Assembly (NCBI GenBank): GCA_964360025.1
Contig: CAYHUD010000001.1
Coordinates: 3,922-67,921 of the forward strand
Length of the DNA stretch: 64,000 bases
DNA from: an uncultured Candidatus Saccharibacteria bacterium
GTDB lineage: Bacteria > Patescibacteriota > Minisyncoccia > UBA6257 > JAUSGH01
Direction of reading: 5' to 3'
This document shows positions 40,232 to 47,563 of this stretch, piece by piece. Made by a program: the position numbers and the translations under genes. How positions within the stretch are numbered: position 1 is the stretch's first letter; each line of letters starts with the position of its first letter. The notes under the pieces were generated by a model. It searched no databases, had not been told where the DNA came from, and saw nothing but the letters and a program-made list of their open reading frames with translations.

Positions 40232-42352
40232 TTATTCCAAATGAATCTTCTTCTGGAAAAGATCAAAACGGTTTTTGAGGGCCGGGAAAGCGCCAAGGGT
40301 CAGATCACGCTTCACAATCATCGCTGCCGCATCGCGGGCGGATTTCACAAGTTCCAGATTATTTAGCCCCTGCATCGCCGCATCGGGAATACCTGTCTGG
40401 CTCTGTCCTAAAAACTCACCCGGTCCGCGAATGGCTAAATCTTTTTCGGCAAGCTCAAAACCATTACGCGCGTCAATCAAGGACTTTAGACGCCGCTCCA
40501 CGCCATCGCTTCCGGAATCGGTGAAAAGCAAACAATATGACTGATGCTCCCTGCGGCCCACGCGCCCGCGAAACTGGTAAAGCTGGGCGAGACCGAAACG
40601 GTCCGCGCCTTCAATCAGCATAATCGTCGCGTTCGGCACATCCACGCCGACCTCAATTACAGAGGTGGAAACAAGAATGTCGGTATTTTTTGCGGCGAAT
40701 TCCGTCATCACCGCCGATTTTTCCTTCGGCTTCATACGGCCGTGAAGCATCGCTAACTTAAACTCGGGGAAGATCTTAATGGAAAGTTTTTCAAACTCTT
40801 CTTTCAACGCCTTGGCCTCGTTCCACTTAAGATGAAGCTCTGTTGTAGAGCCTTCTTTTTCTTCGGCTTTTTCAATTCGCGGATAAATCACAAATGCCTG
40901 CCGGCCTTTTTTAATTTCTGCGCGGATAAAGTCATACGCCTTGGCGCGATTCTCCGGAGCGACGACTTTAGTAATCACGGATTTGCGCCCCTTGGGAAGC
41001 TCCGTAATCGTAGAAAGATCTAGGTCGCCGAAAATGGTGAGTGTCAGCGTGCGCGGGATGGGCGTGGCGCTCATAGAAAGAAAATGGGGGATAAACGACT
41101 GCTTATTTTTTAAAAGCGCGGCGCGCTGAGCGACGCCGAAACGGTGCTGTTCGTCCACGATCGCCAGAGCCAACGACTTCCAATCCACCGATTTTTGGAT
41201 AATGGAGTGCGTGCCGATGACGATTTTAATTTCACCGCTTTTCACCTTTGCCAAAAAATCGGATTTTTTTATTTCGCTTTCCAAACCCTCTTCAAAGAAA
41301 ACTTTGGCTCCGGCTCCGGTCAGGATACCGATCGGTGTTTTCAAATGTCCGAAGGTTCTGATCAAAGTTTTATAATGCTGGCCGGCCAGAACTTCCGTCG
41401 GGGCCATAAACGCCGCCTGGTAACCGGCGCGGGCCGCGACAAAAGCCGCCATGGCGGCGATAACCGTTTTTCCCGAACCGACATCACCCTGAAGCAAGCG
41501 GTTCATCGGGCGCGCTCTCCCGATATCTTCCAGGATTTCCCGCAGACTTTGTTTCTGGGAGGCGGTAAGTTCAAAAGGCAGGCGGCCGACGGTCGCGTCA
41601 ATAAACGCGGCGTCGGCAAGAAGCGCCGGCGCTTTTTCTTTAGCCAATGCCAAACGGAGCTTGATGTTATTTAACTGGAGCAAAAACAAATCTTCAAAGG
41701 CGAATCTTTTCCTCGCCGCGGCGGCGTCTTCGAGACGCTTCGGAAAGTGAATCTCCTGAATGGCGGCGTTGATTTCAGGAAAATCATTTTTTTCCAGAAC
41801 TTCGCGCGGAAGAAAATCGGCGAGCGGCTCAATGTTAGCAAGAATCGGCTTAATCAAATAACGCAGACCTTTGGATGTAAGGCCTTTCGTCTCGGGGTAA
41901 ATAGGGATAAGACCGGCGGTGTGCTTGGTTTCCGAAGAAAAACTGCCGATGACTTCGTAAGAGGGGTTAGAGAGATACATGCCGTCATCGCCGAAAGAAA
42001 CTTTTCCGGCAAAGCTCGCCATGCGTCCCGGGCGGAGAGTTTTTGCGATATACGGCTGGTTAAACCAGACGGCATTCATCGCGCCCGTCTCGTCCTCTAT
42101 CGTCGCCTCCACAATAACCATATGCTTTCTGAAAGTGCGGCGGATACCCACGTGCCTCACGGCGCCCTGAATTGTGGCGTTTTCATTACCCTCCAGATCG
42201 GCGATTTTCGCGACAGTCGTGAAGTCCTCGTAACGCGAGGGAAAGTGCCATAAAAGATCGCGGACGGTTTTGATGCCCAGTTTGCCGATTTTTTGCAAAA
42301 ATCTCGGGGGGAGCCCTTTGATTTTCGCGATTTCAGTGTTGATGGATAACAT
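40232..42352 (-). CDS. recG: ATP-dependent DNA helicase RecG
   Basis: QGDVGSGKT, DEQHRFG, SATPIPRT, QFRGRVGR, RGPGE. Confidence 0.98.
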   Translation of the reverse strand: MLSINTEIAKIKGLPPRFLQKIGKLGIKTVRDLLWHFPSRYEDFTTVAKIADLEGNENATIQGAVRHVGIRRTFRKHMVIVEATIEDETGAMNAVWFNQPYIAKTLRPGRMASFAGKVSFGDDGMYLSNPSYEVIGSFSSETKHTAGLIPIYPETKGLTSKGLRYLIKPILANIEPLADFLPREVLEKNDFPEINAAIQEIHFPKRLEDAAAARKRFAFEDLFLLQLNNIKLRLALAKEKAPALLADAAFIDATVGRLPFELTASQKQSLREILEDIGRARPMNRLLQGDVGSGKTVIAAMAAFVAARAGYQAAFMAPTEVLAGQHYKTLIRTFGHLKTPIGILTGAGAKVFFEEGLESEIKKSDFLAKVKSGEIKIVIGTHSIIQKSVDWKSLALAIVDEQHRFGVAQRAALLKNKQSFIPHFLSMSATPIPRTLTLTIFGDLDLSTITELPKGRKSVITKVVAPENRAKAYDFIRAEIKKGRQAFVIYPRIEKAEEKEGSTTELHLKWNEAKALKEEFEKLSIKIFPEFKLAMLHGRMKPKEKSAVMTEFAAKNTDILVSTSVIEVGVDVPNATIMLIEGADRFGLAQLYQFRGRVGRREHQSYCLLFTDSGSDGVERRLKSLIDARNGFELAEKDLAIRGPGEFLGQSQTGIPDAAMQGLNNLELVKSARDAAAMIVKRDLTLGAFPALKNRFDLFQKKIHLE

Positions 42353-42361
42353 TTTAAATAG

Positions 42362-42433
42362 TGCCCTCGTGAGGAATCGAACCTCAATCTGCTGGTTCGA
42401 AGCCAGCCATTCTATCCGTTGAACTACGAGGGC
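42362..42433 (-). tRNA. tRNA-Arg(TCG)
   Basis: Anticodon GCTGG-CTTCGAA-CCAGC. Confidence 0.93.
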
Positions 42434-42671
42434 AAATGAGGAGAATGTGAAAATGTCTTCATTTATATAAACTCCCTATGCCGCACCCGCAAGCTATGCT
42501 TACGAGGGCAATTTTTACTCCTATATTTTACCACATTTATAATTTGTCTCAAAATTCGGTGCGCAATCATCAAATATGCCCAAAATTATATTTTATTTTT
42601 AGATTAAAAGCAATACTTCACAAATAAGCTTTTTTGTATTATTGTTTGGAGGAAAGAAAATAAGATGGCAA

Positions 42672-42742
42672 GCCCCCATAGCTTAGTGGTAAAGCAGTTG
42701 ACTCTTAATCAATTGACCTTGGTTCGATTCCAAGTGGGGGCA
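42672..42742 (+). tRNA. tRNA-Lys(CTT)
   Basis: Anticodon GTTGA-CTCTTAA-TCAAT. Confidence 0.93.
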
Positions 42743-42770
42743 CAAAAATAATTTAGTTTTACGATAAATG

Positions 42771-42816
42771 ATTTTGTCCCCTATCTCGTCCCATGGGACG
42801 AGATAGGGGACAAAAT
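42771..42816. repeat. Palindrome family A, copy 5
   Basis: Perfect 46-bp ATTTTGTCCCCTATCTCGTCCCATGGGACGAGATAGGGGACAAAAT. Confidence 0.96.
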
Positions 42817-42889
42817 AAAAAACACCTCGGCTACAAAGACACTCTTAACAGGAGTGGTTTTGTTTTGAACGTCTTTGTTCCTGAATCCG

Positions 42890-42933
42890 AAATGTCTACT
42901 ATCTCAAACGATCGTTTGAGATAGTAGACATTT
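42890..42933. repeat. Palindrome family A, variant copy 6
   Basis: Perfect 44-bp AAATGTCTACTATCTCAAACGATCGTTTGAGATAGTAGACATTT; same arms, different 12-bp core. Confidence 0.9.
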
Positions 42934-42988
42934 GAAAATTAAAATTATCTGATGATTGGAACCGGCAAACGGGCTTGCTTTTTGTCTA

Positions 42989-43017
42989 TTGACATTTTGG
43001 GGATATGGTGCTATAAT
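42989..43017 (+). promoter_or_regulatory. Sigma70 consensus promoter P1
   Basis: TTGACA-17-TATAAT with TG extension. Confidence 0.8.
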
Positions 43018-43020
43018 ATA

Positions 43021-43180
43021 TATAGCTTTATGACAACAGCGGTTGTGCCGCGCTTCTAGGGGAAGCGTAAGAACTGGCAAAAATTGAGTGTACTTTCAAT
43101 ATTCCTCACTTGCCTGCACCTTATCATCCCCTAAAAGCGCGGATTACGGAGTCTTGACACATAACCGCGCGTTTGCTATA
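43021..43180 (+). ncRNA. Candidate rod-shaped structured RNA (6S-like)
   Basis: Nested stems TATAGC/GCTATA, GCGGTTGTG/CATAACCGC, CCGCGCTTCTAGGGGA/TCCCCTAAAAGCGCGG; starts just after P1. Confidence 0.45.
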
Positions 43181-43182
43181 AT
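43154..43182 (+). promoter_or_regulatory. Sigma70 consensus promoter P2
   Basis: TTGACA-17-TATAAT. Confidence 0.7.
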
Positions 43183-43291
43183 GGGTAAAGTTTAACTAGT
43201 CGTACTTTGAACTATCAATCTTGGGTTTTTACGGGGCGTGCGCTCCGGAATCTAAGATTGTGAACATAGAAGTGGTTTCGAGGGTACAAAG

Positions 43292-44248
43292 ATGAACCAG
43301 CAGGACGAGACCTTTTTCTGGGGTCGCTTCATCAAGCTGGTGAAGGCGGCCTACGAGCACTTCGTCATCTCGATGACCGCCAAGGAGGCGGTCAGCAAGA
43401 TGGCGGACGAGGCCAAGAAGAGCCTCGATGCGGCCTACCGCCTCAGCGATGACGACCCCACGAGAGGGGAAGCCATCGCCGCGGGGCGGGAGCTCCGCTC
43501 CGCCGCATTCTCCGGGAAGGCGGAGGCGGAAAAGAGCCGCGCTCTGGCGCAGAAGTGCCAGAAGGAAGCGGCGAAAGAAATGCAGAGCGTCATCGCGGAC
43601 GCTCTGCACACCGATTCTGCTCTGCAGGACGCGGAGCGGGGGGCTTGCAACGGCGCGCTCGGCACCCTACAGGCGGCGGTGGCGGGGGGTTCGCTCCCGC
43701 CCGGCGGTCTCAAGACCGCAGAGCTCGTGACCCGACAGGCAGGATATCCCCGCCTCGCCGGGAACATCGCGAAGACCATGGCGGTCTTCGCGATGATCGC
43801 CACCAGAGAAAGCGATCTAGCGGCTGTCTTCCCCGGGTGGTCTGCCGGGTATTACCGGGGAGTCAGGGGGCTCCTCGGTGCTCTCCGGGACCTGGACTGG
43901 AAAATCAAGGTCACGGATCAGCGGGTCCAGGACCTGCGTAAGCAGGACCCGCGGGAAGAACTTCTGGCTGCCGAACGGCGGCTGAAGGAGCTCCAGCGGG
44001 CCGCGTCCGTGAAGGATGCGGTGCTCGCGGAGCTCCGGGTCTCCGTCCCGGAGACCTGGTTCGCCGAGGGCCCCCGGAAGCAGGGCGCTTCCGAGGCCTC
44101 CGCCCCGATCCTCCTCCACCCCGCCACGGAGGTCATCCAGATGGAGACCTCGGTGGCGAAGGATGCCGAGCGCGACGCCCGTAAGGGCAAGCGCGACGCC
44201 GAAAAGGCAGCGAAGGCGGCCAAGCGGACCAACGTCCGCGAGGCCTAG
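43292..44248 (+). CDS. Hypothetical Ala-rich helical protein (high GC)
   Basis: 318 aa ORF with strong GC3 bias, GAGG SD. Confidence 0.7.
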   Translation: MNQQDETFFWGRFIKLVKAAYEHFVISMTAKEAVSKMADEAKKSLDAAYRLSDDDPTRGEAIAAGRELRSAAFSGKAEAEKSRALAQKCQKEAAKEMQSVIADALHTDSALQDAERGACNGALGTLQAAVAGGSLPPGGLKTAELVTRQAGYPRLAGNIAKTMAVFAMIATRESDLAAVFPGWSAGYYRGVRGLLGALRDLDWKIKVTDQRVQDLRKQDPREELLAAERRLKELQRAASVKDAVLAELRVSVPETWFAEGPRKQGASEASAPILLHPATEVIQMETSVAKDAERDARKGKRDAEKAAKAAKRTNVREA

Positions 44249-44257
44249 CCACCGACC

Positions 44258-44600
44258 CGTTATTGCGAGGAACTTCTTCAAGGCAATCACTCAGAAAATC
44301 AACGAGATTGCTTTGTCGAGGACTCCTCGCAATGACGGGGAAGGAAACCGCCGACCCGGGCAAGTCCACTCGACGAGCCCGGGGAACCACACCAGTAACG
44401 AGCCCACCCACACACGAACGAAAACGCGTTCTGTGAGTGGGTGGGCTCAATTTTTTAAGGATACATATTTGGGGATTAGAGATCCTTCGCAAAGCTCAGA
44501 ATGACAAAAATTGTCATCCTGAGTGTTGCACGAAGGATCTCGAAAAAGAGATTCTTCGCAAAGCTCAGAATGACAGAGCTCTGCGTTCAGAATGACGAAA
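44258..44600. repeat. Repeat cluster: TTGCGAGG..CCTCGCAATGAC family plus family B units
   Basis: GTTATTGCGAGGA...TCCTCGCAATGAC; GAGATCCTTCGC..CTCAGAATGACA x2. Confidence 0.85.
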
Positions 44601-44663
44601 TAAATAATCTTCAAATATGTGCTCTTAAACAACAAAAAATGGCCCCGGTAAAAGAGGTGAGTT

Positions 44664-45398
44664 ATGGACATCAAGGGAATCCTCAACCAGGCGTTGGAAG
44701 TCGCTGACGTGGTCTATGTCGGCGATGATCGTGAAGTTTCGGTTTTCGCTTTTTTGGAGGAACAAAAGCGACAAGTAGGCCCGGCCTACCAGGCCGCAAA
44801 TGATGTGCGTCATCACTCCAAAATCGGAATGGTGGCGCTGAAGGAGAGTAACTACGCCCTGCTCGCCCTGTGCGCTCAGCGCATCGGAGAGAACATGGCC
44901 ACTCTCCGAAGATTGAACCTCCCCGCCGATCTGCTGTGGCAGCATATCGGCGAGGCTGGGCAGGAAGCCGGGGAGTTCATGCTGGTGCGTGAGCTCCACG
45001 AACTTCTCTTCCCCCGAGGCATGGTGCCCTCGGGATCCGAGCCGTTTGAGGGGGGGATGAATATCCCCTCAGCGACCGATCTCTGCCTCGAGCCGCAGGC
45101 GTGGCTCGCGGCATTGATCGACGCCACGAGCGAGCTGGGCAAGCTCGCCGTGGAACGGATGTGCCGCGGGGACATGACCCGCGCACAACATGTGGCGACG
45201 CTCCGGAGAATGCTGGAGATTGCCCGTACGGTGTACGGCTACCTTCAGAAATTTGAAGGGGCGGTTCCCATGATCATCAACAACAGCCGTCGCAGGGGGT
45301 ATGGAAATACCTTCCGCGGCGCGATGTACCGCATCGAGCGGCTGATTGAGAACAACGAGCTCGCCCTGCTCCGGATGGTGCAGGACGACTCCAAGTAA
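44664..45398 (+). CDS. Translin/Trax-family protein
   Basis: ..SK..., QEAGE (ExxE), IP...L.L...WL..LIDATSEL.K (DxxxE): Trax-type acidic tetrad in an all-helical protein. Confidence 0.7.
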   Translation: MDIKGILNQALEVADVVYVGDDREVSVFAFLEEQKRQVGPAYQAANDVRHHSKIGMVALKESNYALLALCAQRIGENMATLRRLNLPADLLWQHIGEAGQEAGEFMLVRELHELLFPRGMVPSGSEPFEGGMNIPSATDLCLEPQAWLAALIDATSELGKLAVERMCRGDMTRAQHVATLRRMLEIARTVYGYLQKFEGAVPMIINNSRRRGYGNTFRGAMYRIERLIENNELALLRMVQDDSK

Positions 45399-45473
45399 TA
45401 ATCGCCTGCTCGCAGTTTCAGGACCCCCCACGGGATGTGGGGGGTTTTCATTTTTATGGGGAGAGGATCAAGT

Positions 45474-45735
45474 AGAGATTCTTCGCGCGACGCCTGCCTG
45501 CCGGCAGGCAGGCTCAGAATGACAAGGTGTAAAGCTCAGAAAGACAGGAGGAAAACGCGAATCAGGATGACCAAATGCGACGTTTAAGATGACAGAGGGG
45601 AACCGTGTCATCCTGAGGTCTACCGAAGGATCTCGGGATTGAGATTCTTCGCAAGGCCTGCCGGCAGGCAGGCAGGCTCAGAATGACAACGTGTTGCGCT
45701 TAGAACGACAGGGCTCTGCGCTCAGAATGACGAAA
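45474..45735. repeat. Family B repeat array downstream of the GIY-YIG gene
   Basis: Multiple CTCAGAATGAC / GTCATCCTGAG units. Confidence 0.92.
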
Positions 45736-45752
45736 AAGTAATAAGATAATTA

Positions 45753-46040
45753 TCAAAGATCCAATGATAAGTCCCTGAAATCAGGATTGTTTTCTTTAAT
45801 AAGAACTTCCTTTTTAATACGCGTCCAGCCTTTTATTTTCTTCTCCGCTAGAATAGCAAACTCTGGAGAATTAAATACTTCGTAGAATATCAGCTTGTTA
45901 AGATTGTATCTCTTTGTAAACCCATCAACTAATTTTTCTTTATGTTCCTGCATCCGACGACGAAGATTGTTGGTCATACCTGTGTATAAAACAGTGTGTA
46001 TTTTATTCGTAATTATATAGACAAAATAATTTTGGTTCAT
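45753..46040 (-). CDS. GIY-YIG nuclease (UPF0213-like)
   Basis: YFVYI..N....LYTGMTNNL.RR..EH, FT.RY....L..YE, A...EK.IKGW.R.KK..LI..NP...DL. Confidence 0.93.
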   Translation of the reverse strand: MNQNYFVYIITNKIHTVLYTGMTNNLRRRMQEHKEKLVDGFTKRYNLNKLIFYEVFNSPEFAILAEKKIKGWTRIKKEVLIKENNPDFRDLSLDL

Positions 46041-46047
46041 AAAATTT

Positions 46048-46331
46048 AGAGATTCTTCGCGCGACGCCTGCCTGCCGGCAGGCAGGCTCAGAATGACGGA
46101 GAGTGGTGTCGGCGTCCTGGAATTAAATTCTGTCATCCTGAGCGAAGCGAAGGATCTCGGAATTGAGATTCTTCGCGAAGCTCAGAATGACTAGTGAATG
46201 TTTGTCATCCTGAGACTAGTTTCTGTCATCCTGAGGTTTGACGAAGGATCTCGGAAAAGAGATTCTTCGCGAAGCTCAGAATGACAAGGTGCAAAGCTCA
46301 GAATGACAAAGTGTTGCGCTCAGAATGACAA
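46048..46331. repeat. Family B repeat array upstream of the GIY-YIG gene
   Basis: Multiple GAGATTCTTCGCGAAGCTCAGAATGAC and TGTCATCCTGAG units. Confidence 0.93.
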
Positions 46332-46340
46332 AAATAAAAA

Positions 46341-47396
46341 TTACTTAGCAAAAGGATTCCTTGCACCAATCACTTCAAAGTGCAAATGGCAGCCCGTCGG
46401 GCCGTGGACATTGCCGGTGTTGCCGATATAGGCGATGGTGTCGCCTTGTAAAACATAGTCGCCTACCGAAACGACATTTTTAGAATTATGCGAGTAGCGG
46501 GTTTTCGTATTATTGGGGTGTTCAATCACAATGTAACCGCCATAGCCTTCGTTCCAGCCTCCGCTTTTTGACTCCGCGACCAGCCCCTCCGCCGCCGCGT
46601 AAATAGCCGTGCCGCAGGCGTTCGCGATATCCACGGCATTAAAATTATGCAGCTTGCCCCAGTTCCAGCCGGTAGTCGGAATGGCGTAATACCCCGGAAA
46701 GTTGGGTAACTTAGATGCTGTGGCTACAGTTGCCGGCGGTTTGACATCGGGAATAATTAAATTAACCCCTGCGTAAAGACCCTGGCTCAAAACTCTGGGA
46801 TTATATTTTAAAATACGCGACTCCGGTATGGAAAAAGACGCCGCAATGCTATCCAGCGTCTCACCGCTAGCCACTTGGTAAATAATGCCGGACACGGGCA
46901 AAATAGTAATCTCCTGGCCGATTTTAAGCGACGAACCTTTTACGCTTTTATTCGCCCAATAAATAGTATTTAAAGAGATGCCAAAGTTAGCGGCGATCTT
47001 AGAAAGGGTGTCGCCTTTCTGGATTTTATAAATAATAAGCCCATCGCGATGCACCAGCACGCTACTTTGCGGATTGCCGGTATTCAGGAAAGCCGAGTCG
47101 TCAATAATAAAAGAGCCGGGATCGTCATCGTCGCTCAAAATCATAATGCTATCATCGTCGGGCGCGCCGGATGCGCCCAGAGTGGCATCACTGCCCACAA
47201 AACCCAGCGAAGTTCCGTCACCCGGCCCTCCGCCGTTTCCGCCTTCCGCCGAAAAGGCCGTGCTGACCTCGTTCTGTAAAGAAATATTGATAAAAACGGT
47301 GATAATAAGCAAAACAACCGGTATGGCGACGGTTGCTCGGTGAATATGCTCCCGCAAGTGCTTTATTAACTTAGAAAACTTGTGTATATTTCCCAT
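46341..47396 (-). CDS. LysM x2 + M23 peptidase domain protein
   Basis: Y.IQKGDTLS.IA..F, H...AVDIA, GYG..I.I.H, Y.H, HLHFEV. Confidence 0.93.
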   Translation of the reverse strand: MGNIHKFSKLIKHLREHIHRATVAIPVVLLIITVFINISLQNEVSTAFSAEGGNGGGPGDGTSLGFVGSDATLGASGAPDDDSIMILSDDDDPGSFIIDDSAFLNTGNPQSSVLVHRDGLIIYKIQKGDTLSKIAANFGISLNTIYWANKSVKGSSLKIGQEITILPVSGIIYQVASGETLDSIAASFSIPESRILKYNPRVLSQGLYAGVNLIIPDVKPPATVATASKLPNFPGYYAIPTTGWNWGKLHNFNAVDIANACGTAIYAAAEGLVAESKSGGWNEGYGGYIVIEHPNNTKTRYSHNSKNVVSVGDYVLQGDTIAYIGNTGNVHGPTGCHLHFEVIGARNPFAK

Positions 47397-47478
47397 TAGG
47401 CGTGATACTTATTTAAAGAAAAATCTACGGAAACGCAGGGTTCACGCTTTCTAAATATAGCATTTATGCGCCTTTTAT

Positions 47479-47538
47479 TCAACCCCGTTAGAAGCCGCGA
47501 GGGCACACAGCGCGCCCCCTGCTTCTAACGGGGTCAAC
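47479..47538. mobile_element. Family C element (CCCGTTAG..CTAACGGG) with TCAAC direct repeats
   Basis: TCAAC|CCCGTTAGAAGC...GCTTCTAACGGGG|TCAAC. Confidence 0.75.
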
Positions 47539-47563
47539 CCAACACTACCGAGACTCTAAAATA

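Noticed and set aside
42500-42511. Duplicate of the tRNA-Arg 5' end (TACGAGGGCAA) as an att site
   Set aside because: Only ~11 bp, ~75 bp away, enclosing no element; insufficient support.
43229-45451. Many overlapping antisense ORFs in high-GC orphan genes
   Set aside because: Expected shadow ORFs from GC3 bias; SD and codon pattern favour 43292-44248 and 44664-45398.
46041-46136. N-terminal extension of the GIY-YIG ORF
   Set aside because: Read-through of family B repeat DNA.
45474-46331. CRISPR array
   Set aside because: Units occur in both orientations with irregular spacing and nested inserts, which is REP/BIME-like.
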